Source: Phycisphaerales bacterium (GTDB lineage: Bacteria > Planctomycetota > Phycisphaerae > Phycisphaerales > UBA1924). From it: a stretch of DNA of 64,000 bases. The notes under the pieces were generated by a model that worked only from the letters and a program-made list of their open reading frames with translations, did no database searches and had not been told where the DNA came from. Location: the NCBI GenBank assembly GCA_044221955.1, contig JBGAOD010000002.1, positions 1,197-65,196 of the forward strand. Direction: 5' to 3'. Position 1 is the stretch's first letter; every line of letters begins with the position of its first letter. The position numbers and the translations under genes were made by a program. Shown here one piece after another: positions 9,376-19,194 of this stretch.

Positions 9376-10959
9376 TTGATGGACCGCGCTGTGCCGCACA
9401 TGACCCCCGATGAGTTTCGCGCGATCGGCCGTCGCATGGTCGACTGGATCGCCGCGTACTGGGAGAGCGTCGAGACCATGCCGGTGCTCGCGCAGGTCAA
9501 GCCCGGCGAGATCGCCGCCAAGCTGCCCGGATCGGCCGCCGAGTTCTTCGAGAGGAGCGCGGCGGACGGGTCGTCGGGCGGTTCGTCGGTCTGGGACGCG
9601 ATCTTTCGCGACCTCGATGAGGTCATCGTTCCGGGGTTGACGCACTGGCAGTCGCCCAATTTCTACGGGTATTTCCCGGCGAATGTGTCGGGCCCGGCCG
9701 CGCTGGGCGATCTGCTCGCCGCCGGGCTTGGTGTGCAGGGGATGCTCTGGCAGACGAGCCCAGCCTGTACGGAGCTCGAAACGCGGGTGCTCGATTGGTT
9801 GGGTGAGGCGTGCGGGTTGCCCGCCGAGTTTCTTTCGAGCTCAGATACAGGCGGCGGGGTGATCCAGGGCACGGCGAGCGAGGCGGCGCTCGTGGCGATG
9901 ATCGCGGCGCGGAGTCGAGCGATCAATCGGTGGAATCGAATGCCCTCGGCACCGGCACCGGCAACGTCGAAGGGGGCAGGTACACCGCATCTGACGCTGT
10001 ACACCTCAACGCAGGCGCACTCGTCCATCGTCAAGGCCGCGATGATCGCGGGACTGGCGCAGCACCCCGAGGATCGCACGCACGTTCGTGTGATCGATGT
10101 TGACGCGGAGTGCCGAATGGACGTGGCGAAGTTGACCGATGCAATCCGCGTGGATCGGGCCGCGGGGCGGGTTCCGTTCTTCGTGTGCGGGACGATCGGC
10201 ACGACCGGAACGACGGCGATCGACCGCATTTCAGGGATCGCGGAGGCGCTCGGCGGTGACGGGAACGGCGGTGAAGGCCGTCCCTGGCTCCATGTGGACG
10301 CGGCCCACGCGGGCCCGCTCGCGCTGTGCCCCGAGTTTCGCTGGATGTTCGAGGGCGTGGCGCGGGCCGATTCGTACTGCTTCAACCCGCACAAGTGGAT
10401 GCTGACCAACTTTGATTGCAACTGTCTTTGGACGCGCGATCGGCGTGCGGTCATCAACGCGCTGTCCGTCACGCCCGAGTACCTGCGGAACGCGGCCAGC
10501 GACTCGGGCTCGGTCATCGACTACCGCGACTGGCAGATCCCGCTGGGGCGACGATTCCGCTCGCTCAAGCTTTGGTTTGTTCTGCGTCACTACGGGCTGA
10601 ACGCCCTGCAGGACTACCTACGCGAGCACGTCCGCCTCGCGTCGGTCTTTGAGAGTGTGGTCCGCGCCGACGATCGCTTCGAGATCCCGACCCCGCGCAC
10701 AATGAACCTGGTGTGCTTCCGTCTCAGAGGAAGCGGGGCGGAGAGCGACGCGAGGAACCGGGCGCTCATGAACGCTCTCAACGCCGGGGGCAAGTTGTTT
10801 CTGACGCACACGCAGCTTCCGCCGTCGGTCCCCGGCCCGGCCGGTGGACGCGTCGTGCTGCGCCTGGCCGTGGGCGCGACGGGGACGCAAGAGCGTCATG
10901 TGCGGGAGGCTTGGGCGCAGATCTCGCGAGACGCGGAACGGCTCGGCGCGGGCGGTTGA
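9376..10959 (+). CDS. PLP-dependent group II decarboxylase (aromatic-L-amino-acid/tyrosine decarboxylase-like)
   Basis: The PLP-lysine motif 'SYCFNPHKWMLTNFDC', 'HVDAAHAG' and the N-terminal 'HWQSPNFYGYFP' are characteristic of DDC-type decarboxylases. Confidence 0.8.
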   Translation: MMDRAVPHMTPDEFRAIGRRMVDWIAAYWESVETMPVLAQVKPGEIAAKLPGSAAEFFERSAADGSSGGSSVWDAIFRDLDEVIVPGLTHWQSPNFYGYFPANVSGPAALGDLLAAGLGVQGMLWQTSPACTELETRVLDWLGEACGLPAEFLSSSDTGGGVIQGTASEAALVAMIAARSRAINRWNRMPSAPAPATSKGAGTPHLTLYTSTQAHSSIVKAAMIAGLAQHPEDRTHVRVIDVDAECRMDVAKLTDAIRVDRAAGRVPFFVCGTIGTTGTTAIDRISGIAEALGGDGNGGEGRPWLHVDAAHAGPLALCPEFRWMFEGVARADSYCFNPHKWMLTNFDCNCLWTRDRRAVINALSVTPEYLRNAASDSGSVIDYRDWQIPLGRRFRSLKLWFVLRHYGLNALQDYLREHVRLASVFESVVRADDRFEIPTPRTMNLVCFRLRGSGAESDARNRALMNALNAGGKLFLTHTQLPPSVPGPAGGRVVLRLAVGATGTQERHVREAWAQISRDAERLGAGG

Positions 10960-11067
10960 ATCGACGATGTTTTCACGGGACCAGCGTCCCGCCTTGTTCC
11001 CTGCATGTTCGTACCGAATCGGAGAGTTCGAGGTGACGCGGCAAGCCTTTGGAAGTACCCTGATCCC

Positions 11068-11784
11068 ATGAGTCTTCAGCCATCGGTTCGCGTCCGCCCC
11101 GCACGATCACACTCGGTCGGCCCCTGTGGCCCAAAGGGTGCTCGTGGTGCCCGCTCGCGTTGCCTTCTTGTGGCAGGGGTGCTTTCGCTCGTTGCATTCA
11201 TAGCGGGTTGCTCGAGTTTCGTCACGGCGATTCATGTTCCCGACGACCAGTACCCCGACGCGATCGCGGCGACGCGCGACGTCCTGCGTTCATACCGGTT
11301 CCAGATCGACCGCGTGGACGCTGCCCAAGGCGTGGTGACGACTCTGCCCAAGCCCAGCTCGGGGATCGCGACGCCGTGGGACGCCGAGCAGTCCTCGTTC
11401 AACCAGGAACTTGAGGACCTGGCGAACAGCCAGGAACGGCGCGTGCGGGTAGTGTTTCAGAGGCCGGCGTGGTCATCGCCAGAGCCGGGTGCCGGCGCGA
11501 GTTTACCTTCCGAGCCCGCCGTCGGACGGATGATGCACGTCGAAGTCACCATAGATCGCGTCCAACGCCCGGGCTGGCGGCCGACGCCCAAGTCGGTCCG
11601 GCACAGCACGGTGACGATGGACCCGGACCTCGCCGCGCGACAGATGTGGCCGACGTACAGCGTGCCGATCCGGCAGGACCCCGAGTTCGCGCACGAACTC
11701 ATGTTCAAGATCGAAGATCGCCTGCGGGACATTCTGCACGAGCGTGCCCCGGACGTGCCGACAGAACACGCTGGAGCACCCTGA
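11068..11784 (+). CDS. hypothetical lipoprotein
   Basis: Internal Met of ORF 11005..11784. Leader 'LLVAGVLSLVAFIAGCSS' has a lipobox. No recognisable domain. Confidence 0.5.
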   Translation: MSLQPSVRVRPARSHSVGPCGPKGARGARSRCLLVAGVLSLVAFIAGCSSFVTAIHVPDDQYPDAIAATRDVLRSYRFQIDRVDAAQGVVTTLPKPSSGIATPWDAEQSSFNQELEDLANSQERRVRVVFQRPAWSSPEPGAGASLPSEPAVGRMMHVEVTIDRVQRPGWRPTPKSVRHSTVTMDPDLAARQMWPTYSVPIRQDPEFAHELMFKIEDRLRDILHERAPDVPTEHAGAP

Positions 11785-11835
11785 ACAGCGCGCAACCGGA
11801 CAGACATCTCGGAGCGCCGCGTTGTCGTCGGCGGG

Positions 11836-12804
11836 CTACTTCGACTTGGCCGCGAGTTCGGTCGCAACGGAGTCGAAGAACCCGATGCACAACGCGACGT
11901 TTCGTTCCAGCGCTTTGCCCTGGCCGTCCTCGTACTCGACGTAGATCTGCCCCTTGAACCCCTGCCGCTGGAGTTCTTCAAGCATGGCGCGGGCTCGGCC
12001 CTCGCCGGCCCCCCAGGGCTGGTCAACGCCCGACTTGATGTCCTTGAAGTGCAGCTCGATGACGCGCCCTTCGAGTTGCTTGAGGCACTCAACAGTGCCC
12101 AGGCCCGACCGCGGCCAGTGCCCGGTGTCGGCGCACGCGCCCACACGCTTGGTGCGGTCCTTGGCGAACTCCAGCACGGTCTCGGGGTTCCAGTAGAACG
12201 ACGGCTTGGGATGGTTATGTACCGCGACGTTGATCCCGTACTCGTCGGCCAGCTTGGCCACCAGATCCCACGCCTCTTTCTTGGGTTCGCAGGTCAGGGT
12301 GGTCATGCCCATGTCCTTGGCGAACTCGAACTGCGCGCGGGCCTGTTTCTCATCGTTGTCGATGCTTACGACGCCGTAGCTCATGGCCGCGACATTGGCA
12401 GACTTGAGCTTTGCCTTGAGTTCGGCCTTCTGCTCTTTGGTCATGTCGGTGCCGATCTTGACGTCAGGCTTGCCGGGCATCATCTGCTGCCCGGGGTAGA
12501 GCTCGATGTACTTGAGCCCCATGGCGTGGGCGATGTCGATGGCCTCGAACGTGGAGCGGTCGCGGAACGTCCAGGCCTGCGTGCCCAGGTGCCACCCGAG
12601 TTTTTCAGAGGCCGAGCCGTCGCGCGGCGCGACCTTGACCGGGCCGAGTTTCACGCCCGGCACGGGCTGAGGCGCGGGCTGGGTCGCTTTGGCTGGCGGT
12701 TGGGCGGGCGGTTGGGAAGGCCCGTTTGCTTTGGCGTTCATGGAAGCGCACCCCCCGACGATCGCACACCCCGCTGCCACACCGATCAGACGCGATGAAA
12801 TCAT
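11836..12804 (-). CDS. secreted sugar-phosphate isomerase/epimerase (xylose isomerase-like TIM barrel)
   Basis: Lipoprotein-type leader 'VAAGCAIVGGCAS'. 'GLKYIELYPGQ', 'VAVHNHPKPSFYW' and 'GACADTGHW' match the AP-endonuclease-2/xylose-isomerase-like TIM-barrel family. Confidence 0.7.
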   Translation of the reverse strand: MISSRLIGVAAGCAIVGGCASMNAKANGPSQPPAQPPAKATQPAPQPVPGVKLGPVKVAPRDGSASEKLGWHLGTQAWTFRDRSTFEAIDIAHAMGLKYIELYPGQQMMPGKPDVKIGTDMTKEQKAELKAKLKSANVAAMSYGVVSIDNDEKQARAQFEFAKDMGMTTLTCEPKKEAWDLVAKLADEYGINVAVHNHPKPSFYWNPETVLEFAKDRTKRVGACADTGHWPRSGLGTVECLKQLEGRVIELHFKDIKSGVDQPWGAGEGRARAMLEELQRQGFKGQIYVEYEDGQGKALERNVALCIGFFDSVATELAAKSK

Positions 12805-12899
12805 CGATCCTCCGTCACGCCGGGATTCACGCGAAGTGGACGCGGCCCCGGGCGTGCGGAAGAGTGTACGCGACCACGCGGCGCGGTACGCTATGCCCC

Positions 12900-13547
12900 A
12901 TGGCCCTGACCCACCCCTCCTTCTCGAACGTCATCATCTTCGACCACCCGCTGATCCAGCACAAGCTCTCGCACCTCCGCGACGCGGCCGTGACGCACAG
13001 GCCCTTCCGGGCCCTGCTCTACCAGATCGCCGGTCTGATGGTCTACGAGGCGACACGCGAGCTACCGACCACAGAAATCGAGGTCCGCACGCCAATGGAG
13101 ATGACCACCGCACGCCGGCTGTCGGCCAAGACCACGGTCGTGCCGGTGCTGCGTTCAGGCCTGGGCATGGCGGAGGGGATTCTGGAGATGATGCCCGAGG
13201 CCCGCGTGGGCCACATCGGGATGGCCCGCGACGAACACACGCTCAAGCCGCGCACGTACCTGAGAAAACTCCCCAGCGACCTCGCCAGCGGGCCGGTGAT
13301 CCTGGTCGATCCGATGTTGGCGACGGGCGGGTCGGCGGCGGCCGCGGTCACGATCCTGCGCGAGGCCGGGGCCAAAGACCTGCGCATGATCTGCCTGGTC
13401 GCCGCACCAGAGGGGATCCGGTTCATGCTCAGCGAGCACCCGGATCTGAAGATCTATACCGCCGCGGTCGATCGAGGACTCGACGAGCACGGGTTCATCA
13501 GGCCCGGCCTCGGCGACGCCGGCGACCGGATGTACGGAACGGTGTGA
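12900..13547 (+). CDS. upp: uracil phosphoribosyltransferase
   Basis: 'DHPLIQHKLSHLRD', the PRPP loop 'ILVDPMLATGGSA' and C-terminal 'IRPGLGDAGDRMYGT' are diagnostic. Start at the internal Met 'MALTHP'. Confidence 0.9.
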   Translation: MALTHPSFSNVIIFDHPLIQHKLSHLRDAAVTHRPFRALLYQIAGLMVYEATRELPTTEIEVRTPMEMTTARRLSAKTTVVPVLRSGLGMAEGILEMMPEARVGHIGMARDEHTLKPRTYLRKLPSDLASGPVILVDPMLATGGSAAAAVTILREAGAKDLRMICLVAAPEGIRFMLSEHPDLKIYTAAVDRGLDEHGFIRPGLGDAGDRMYGTV

Positions 13548-13569
13548 GCCCGCGCAGGGACAATTTTCT

Positions 13570-13935
13570 ATGCCACGCTGGCTCATCACCATCCTCCTGC
13601 TCATCGCCTCCAACAGCTTCATGACCTTCGCGTGGTACTACCACGTCAAGAAGAGCTCGTGGACGCTGCTCATGGCCATCGGCATCTCCTGGCTCATCGC
13701 GCTCCCCGAGTACATCCTCCAAGTCCCCGCCAATCGTTTCGGGCACGTTGACAACGGCGGTCCGTTCACGCTGCCGCAGCTCAAGGTGATGCAAGAGGCG
13801 ATCACGCTCGGGGTCTTCACGCTCTTCACGGTCCTCGTCGCCCACGAAAAACTCCGCACGACCGACCTGATCGCGTTCGCCCTCATCTTCGCGGCCGTGG
13901 CGGTTTCGATGCTCGGTCGAGGCGCGGCGGCATGA
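13570..13935 (+). CDS. small DMT-superfamily membrane protein (DUF486-like)
   Basis: 121 aa with four hydrophobic spans. 'SNSFMTFAWYYHVK' is typical of the DUF486/DMT small membrane proteins. Overlaps the next gene by 4 nt. Confidence 0.65.
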   Translation: MPRWLITILLLIASNSFMTFAWYYHVKKSSWTLLMAIGISWLIALPEYILQVPANRFGHVDNGGPFTLPQLKVMQEAITLGVFTLFTVLVAHEKLRTTDLIAFALIFAAVAVSMLGRGAAA

Positions 13936-15515
13936 CCTTGAACGATTCGCATCACTCGGCTGCGCACTCCTCGCCGCACGAACCGGGCGAGTCTTCGCCG
14001 GCGTGGCTGAGCTGGTCGGGCCTGTTCCTCGGCCCGCTCGCGGCCGTCGTTCTCTACCTCACGCTCCCGGCTCAAGTCATCGATTCGTCCGGCGCGATCG
14101 TCTCGGGGCTCAGCGGCCCGGCCCGCGCCAACGCCGCCGCGGCCGCGCTCATGGCGGTGTGGTGGATCACGCAGGCCGTCCCCATCGAAGCCACCGCGCT
14201 CGTCCCGCTCGTGCTCTTCCCGCTGCTGGGCATCACCAGCTTCGACAAGGCCGCGGCCCCCTACGCCAACGAGCAGGTCTTCCTCTTCCTCGGCGGGTTC
14301 ATGCTCGGGCTGGCCGTCGAACGCTGGGGTTTGCACAAACGCATCGCCTACCTCATGGTCCTGCTCATGGGCAGCGGCCCGGTCACGCTCATCGGCGGGC
14401 TGATGTTCTCCACCGCGTTCATCAGCCTCTGGATCTCCAACACCGCGACCGCGATCGTCATGCTGCCCATCGCGGTGAGCATGGTGACGCTCATCCCCGA
14501 GCCCGCGCCGGGCGATCACGCGGGGTGGAAGGCACGCCGCAACTTCGGAACCTGCGCAGTAACGGGCGTTGGCTACGCCGCGTCGATCGGCGGCTGCGGC
14601 ACCATCATCGGCACCCCGCCCAACGGCGTCTTCGTCGGCTTCGTGCGAACGACCCTCAACCACACCATTCAGTTCAACGAGTGGCTCTGGGTTGGGCTGC
14701 CGCTGGTCGGCGTGATGACCCCGCTCGTCTGGCTCCTGCTCACGCGCGTGCTCTTCCCCATGAAGGGCGTGAAGCTGGCGGGCGCTCGCTCGGAGATGCG
14801 CGAGCGCTTGCGGCTGCTCGGACCCACCAGCCGCGGCGAGAAATGGGTGCTCGCCGTCTTCGGCACCGCGATCCTGCTCTGGATCGTGCGCGTGCCGTTC
14901 TGCCTTTGGATCGGACTGACGACCGTCGGCGCGAACGGCCAGGCCGTTCCGCGCCTCACGGATTCGGGCATCGCCATGACCGCGGCCCTGGTGCTGTTCC
15001 TGATCCCGACCGACGTGAAGAAACGCGAGTTCGTGCTCGACTGGGAGACCTGCAAGGCCTTGCCGTGGGGCGTGCTGCTCATGTTCGGCGGCGGTCTCAG
15101 CCTCGCCGCCGCGATCACGGCCACCGGGCTCGACACGTCGATGGGTTCGCTCGTCGTTGGCCTCGGCGGGCTCCCGACCTGGGCCCTGGTGACGGCCGTC
15201 TCGGCGATCACGATCTTCCTCAGCGAGTTCGCCAGCAACGTGGCGCTGGTGGCAACCATGCTGCCGGTGGTCCACTCCGTCGAGGTAACACTGAAACTCC
15301 CGCCCGGCACGCTGCTCCTGCCAACGACCCTGGCCGCGAGCCTGGCGTTCATGCTCCCCGTCGCCACGCCGCCCAACGCGCTGATGTACGCGACGCGGAA
15401 AGTCAGCCTTGCCCAGATGCTGCACGCGGGGCTGTGGCTGGACGCTATCAGCCTGGTGCTGATCGTGGTCTTCTGTAGGCTCTTTGGCGAGCACGTCCTG
15501 AACATGCTCTTCTGA
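13932..15515 (+). CDS. DASS/SLC13-family sodium-coupled anion (di/tricarboxylate or sulfate) symporter
   Basis: Polytopic 527-aa protein with the two re-entrant loop motifs 'WISNTATAIVMLPIA' and 'FASNVALVATMLPV' typical of DASS transporters. Confidence 0.8.
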   Translation: MTLNDSHHSAAHSSPHEPGESSPAWLSWSGLFLGPLAAVVLYLTLPAQVIDSSGAIVSGLSGPARANAAAAALMAVWWITQAVPIEATALVPLVLFPLLGITSFDKAAAPYANEQVFLFLGGFMLGLAVERWGLHKRIAYLMVLLMGSGPVTLIGGLMFSTAFISLWISNTATAIVMLPIAVSMVTLIPEPAPGDHAGWKARRNFGTCAVTGVGYAASIGGCGTIIGTPPNGVFVGFVRTTLNHTIQFNEWLWVGLPLVGVMTPLVWLLLTRVLFPMKGVKLAGARSEMRERLRLLGPTSRGEKWVLAVFGTAILLWIVRVPFCLWIGLTTVGANGQAVPRLTDSGIAMTAALVLFLIPTDVKKREFVLDWETCKALPWGVLLMFGGGLSLAAAITATGLDTSMGSLVVGLGGLPTWALVTAVSAITIFLSEFASNVALVATMLPVVHSVEVTLKLPPGTLLLPTTLAASLAFMLPVATPPNALMYATRKVSLAQMLHAGLWLDAISLVLIVVFCRLFGEHVLNMLF

Positions 15516-15682
15516 AAAGGTTCTCCGCGACGGCGTTGGCTTTATTCGAAAGCCGTCGTGCATCTGCCCCCACGAGTCATTACAATCCCTGTCGATGAGC
15601 ACCGCCCGGGCTCGACAACGGCCTCCGGCCATCGTCCGACCCGGCATGGGGTGTTCCGCGAAAGTCTTGGGGGGATCAGAAC

Positions 15683-18376
15683 TTGTCAGACCACGCGCAC
15701 GCGGAACTCCGTCGGTTGTTCGACCTGGCGATCGGACTCGCCGCTGATGATCGTTCCCGGTTGTTGGACCGTGAATGTCGTGGGGATGCCAACCTCAAAC
15801 GACGCGTCGAAGCAATGATCCATGCCGCTCAGGATGAGCGGATCCTCTCCGTTCCGACCGCCGATGCCATGCCGACCGCGGACATGAACTCCGACCCCCG
15901 CGACCCGGACGCGGGCTTGTCCGGCGGTTCCAGCGCCGGCACCGCGGCTCTTCGGAGCGAGAGACCGGGCACGCACATCGGACCCTACAAACTTCTGCAA
16001 CTCATCGGCGAGGGCGGGTTCGGGTCGGTCTTCATGGCCGAGCAAGAAAAACCCGTCGCACGCAAGGTCGCGCTCAAGATCATCAAGCTGGGCATGGACA
16101 CACGCCAGGTCGTGGCCCGATTCGAGCAGGAACGCCAAGCCCTCGCGATGATGGACCACCCCAACATCGCCCGCGTGCTCGACGCCGGCGCGACCGAAGC
16201 GGGCAGACCGTATTTCGTGATGGACCTGGTCAAGGGCGACCCCATCGCGGCGTACTGCGACAAGAACAACCTGAGCATCGAAGCACGGCTCTCTCTCTTC
16301 GAGCAGGTCTGCGCCGCGGTCCAGCACGCCCACACCAAGGGCATCATCCACCGCGACATCAAGCCTTCGAACATCCTGGTCGCCACGCAAGACGGGCGGC
16401 CCAGCGCCAAAGTCATCGACTTCGGCATCGCCAAAGCCACGCAGAGCAAGCTGACCGAAAAAACTCTCTTCACGGAACATCAACAGCTCATCGGCACCCC
16501 CGAGTACATGAGCCCCGAGCAGGCCGAGGGGTCTCTCGACATCGACACACGCACCGACGTGTACTCGCTCGGCGTGCTTCTCTACGAGTTGTTGACGGGC
16601 AGCACGCCGTTTAGCAGCAAGGAGCTCCGCTCCGCGGCCTTCGGCGAGATCCAGCGCATCATCCGCGAGGTCGATCCGCCCAAGCCCAGCACGCGGATCT
16701 CGCAGGCGACGGGCACCATCGCCACCGTGGCCGCCAAGCGCCAGACCGAGCCGCGCAAGCTCGGACTCGTCGTGCGCGGCGAGCTCGACTGGATCGTGAT
16801 GAAGGCGCTCGAAAAGGACCGCCAGCGCCGCTACGAAACCGCCAACGGGCTGGCGATGGACGTCCGGCGCTACCTCAGCGGCGAGGCGGTCGTCGCGGCC
16901 CCGATCAGCCGCGCGTACAGATTCAAGAAGTTTGTCCGCCGCAACAAGGGCGCGGTGAGCGCGGGCGCGGCGATCGCCGCGGCGCTGCTGGCCGGCGTGA
17001 TCGGATTCGCATGGCAGGCGGCGCGGGCGAAACGGGCGGAGGTCGTCGCTACGAGTCGGCTCGCCGAGTCTGAGGCGACGGTGGCGTTCTTGGATGAGAT
17101 GCTCGGTTCCGTGAGTCCCGAGGCGATGGGGAAGAACGTCACGGTCCGCGCCGTACTCGATGAGGCTTCCAAATCCGTCGGAAAGAAATTCGCGGACCGC
17201 CCACTTGTGACGGCACGTCTGCGCGGAACGATCGGTCGAACGTACCTGGCGCTGAGCGTGCACGACGCGGCCGAGCCGCACCTGCGCGAATCGCTGGCAA
17301 TCCGCCAGCGCGAGCTCGGGGCGTCAAACCGTGATACATGCCACGCTCTCAACGAAATGGCGATGCTTCTCATCAAGAACGGAGCGCACGGCGAGGCCGA
17401 GGCGATGCTCGAGAAGGCGATCACGGACCATGCCGCGCTCTTTGGCCGGCGTGACCAGGTGACTTTGGAGAGCATCGATCTTCTGGCGATGCTGTACGGA
17501 TCTCAGCTGCGACCGGAGTTGGCCGAGCCCTTGGTGAAGGAAGTTCTCGAGACTCGTACGGCGACGCTAGGCGCGAAGGATCCGAGCACGGTGGCATCGA
17601 TGACAACACTCGCGACGATCGACACGGACCTGAGAAAGTTCGATGAGTCAGAACGATTGTTCCAGAGCGCAATCGCCATCCAGGACGAACTCACCGGGCC
17701 TGACCACCCGCGGGCGTTGGAGATCCGATCGAATTACGCCTGGATGCAGTACTGGGCCGCGATGGACTCCGAATTGCACGACCCCGTCTTGAAGAAGAAA
17801 TTGCTCGAATCCGCACGCGTGCTGGGCGAGCGGGTGCTACGAGCGCGAGAAAAGATCTTGGGCGCCGATCATCAGGACACCGCCACCTCCGTCAATAATC
17901 TTGCGCTGGTGTGCCAAGAGCTGGGCATGGCGGCAGACGCGGAGGCCCTACGGCGACGAGACCTTGAGATTACGTTGCGGACTCTGGGCGAGTCGCACCC
18001 GGACTCGGCCGTCTCGCTCGCGAACTTTGGCAGTTATCTTCAGAAGCAGAAGCGATACGAGGAGGCAATCACCTACCTGGACAGGTCGTTGAAAGTCTCG
18101 CGCAAGGTATTGCCGCCGGACAATCCCGGGCTCGGCTTCACGCTGGGGTGGTACGGGAGTTGCTTGCGAGAGCTCGGACGATTCACAGAGAGCGAACCGA
18201 TGCTGATCGAGGCACGCGGAATTCTCGCTCGTTCGATGGGTGAGGGTGCCCCGATCACAGGACAGATGAGCCTTTCATTGGCGATGCTCTACGACGCCTG
18301 GAGCAAGGCCGAGCCAGGCAAGGGGTACGACGCCAAGGCCGCGGAATGGAAGGCCAAAGCGGACGCGAAAAAGTAG
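15683..18376 (+). CDS. Ser/Thr protein kinase with TM segment and C-terminal TPR array
   Basis: Hanks kinase motifs 'GEGGFGSVF', 'VALKII', 'HRDIKPSNILV', 'DFGIAK' and 'GTPEYMSPEQ'. One TM follows (AAIAAALLAGVIGFAW), then repeated TPR-like units ('LNEMAMLL..G..EAEAMLEKA'). Confidence 0.9.
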   Translation: MSDHAHAELRRLFDLAIGLAADDRSRLLDRECRGDANLKRRVEAMIHAAQDERILSVPTADAMPTADMNSDPRDPDAGLSGGSSAGTAALRSERPGTHIGPYKLLQLIGEGGFGSVFMAEQEKPVARKVALKIIKLGMDTRQVVARFEQERQALAMMDHPNIARVLDAGATEAGRPYFVMDLVKGDPIAAYCDKNNLSIEARLSLFEQVCAAVQHAHTKGIIHRDIKPSNILVATQDGRPSAKVIDFGIAKATQSKLTEKTLFTEHQQLIGTPEYMSPEQAEGSLDIDTRTDVYSLGVLLYELLTGSTPFSSKELRSAAFGEIQRIIREVDPPKPSTRISQATGTIATVAAKRQTEPRKLGLVVRGELDWIVMKALEKDRQRRYETANGLAMDVRRYLSGEAVVAAPISRAYRFKKFVRRNKGAVSAGAAIAAALLAGVIGFAWQAARAKRAEVVATSRLAESEATVAFLDEMLGSVSPEAMGKNVTVRAVLDEASKSVGKKFADRPLVTARLRGTIGRTYLALSVHDAAEPHLRESLAIRQRELGASNRDTCHALNEMAMLLIKNGAHGEAEAMLEKAITDHAALFGRRDQVTLESIDLLAMLYGSQLRPELAEPLVKEVLETRTATLGAKDPSTVASMTTLATIDTDLRKFDESERLFQSAIAIQDELTGPDHPRALEIRSNYAWMQYWAAMDSELHDPVLKKKLLESARVLGERVLRAREKILGADHQDTATSVNNLALVCQELGMAADAEALRRRDLEITLRTLGESHPDSAVSLANFGSYLQKQKRYEEAITYLDRSLKVSRKVLPPDNPGLGFTLGWYGSCLRELGRFTESEPMLIEARGILARSMGEGAPITGQMSLSLAMLYDAWSKAEPGKGYDAKAAEWKAKADAKK

Positions 18377-18398
18377 CCGGGAAACCTAAGATATTCCC

Positions 18399-19166
18399 AT
18401 GCTCGAACTCCGACCCAACTGCGAGTGCTGCGGCGTCGATCTCCTGCCCGCCGCGCCCGACGCCCGGATCTGCTCCTTTGAATGTACGTTCTGCGCGAAC
18501 TGCGCCGAGGTCAAACTCGCCGGGGTCTGCCCCAACTGCGGAGGCGGCTTCACGCCACGCCCGATCCGCCCCGCGAACAAACTGGCCGCCGACCCGCCCT
18601 CGACGCTGCGAGTCCACAAACCCGCTTCCTGCGAACCCAGGCCCAGCGCCCCACCCGCCAGCACCCGCCCGCGCGACATCCCCGCCTACTCACCGCGCCC
18701 GATCCGATTCCTGCGATCGGTCGCCGATCACGCCTGGACCATCAAGGTGTACAGCATCGCGGCGGGCCCGGGCCCGGCCGACCCCACCGCGGTCGATGCC
18801 GCGGTCAAGCTTGCCCTGGCCCACCTGCACGCCGCGCCCCGCCCCTGCGCGGCGACGTGTGTCAACCTCGCCTCGCTCCCTTCCCACGGGCTCGCGTTCC
18901 TGATCGTTCATCAGGCCCGCGACGCGATCTTCGCGGTGCTGGAAACCTGGTTCGGCGGCTCCATGCTCCGGCACGAGGTCTGGATCGCGCCGCTTTCTCA
19001 GGTCACCCGCTTTGAGTCGGCGACCAGCAGCGGGCTCAACGTCTGCGTCTGGGAACTGGCCGTGCTCGAACACGAACGCCGCGCCTGGCTGCGATGGATG
19101 CTAACCCCGGGCGCAACGTCCGACCGGGCCGCGTACCTCGCCGACGTGCTCAACGCCGACGTGTAA
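18399..19166 (+). CDS. DUF1272-type Cys-rich zinc-ribbon protein with uncharacterised ~170-aa C-terminal domain
   Basis: N-terminal 'MLELRPNCECCGVDLLP...CSFECTFCANCAE..L.GVCPNCGGGFTPRPIRP' matches DUF1272. A Pro-rich linker and an unrecognised C-terminal region follow. Confidence 0.6.
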   Translation: MLELRPNCECCGVDLLPAAPDARICSFECTFCANCAEVKLAGVCPNCGGGFTPRPIRPANKLAADPPSTLRVHKPASCEPRPSAPPASTRPRDIPAYSPRPIRFLRSVADHAWTIKVYSIAAGPGPADPTAVDAAVKLALAHLHAAPRPCAATCVNLASLPSHGLAFLIVHQARDAIFAVLETWFGGSMLRHEVWIAPLSQVTRFESATSSGLNVCVWELAVLEHERRAWLRWMLTPGATSDRAAYLADVLNADV

Positions 19167-19194
19167 GCGCGGGCTCAATTCGCCGCCCGCCCCG

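Noticed and set aside
15528-15558. Weak hairpin CGACGGC-N17-GCCGTCG after the DASS transporter gene, considered as a terminator
   Set aside because: It has only a 7-bp stem with a 17-nt loop and no U-tract, which is not distinguishable from chance in this composition.
13638-15647. 669-aa minus-strand ORF opposite the DMT and DASS transporter genes
   Set aside because: Its composition is Arg/Glu/Asp/Gly-biased low complexity. The plus strand encodes a convincing polytopic transporter with DASS motifs, so this is a shadow ORF.
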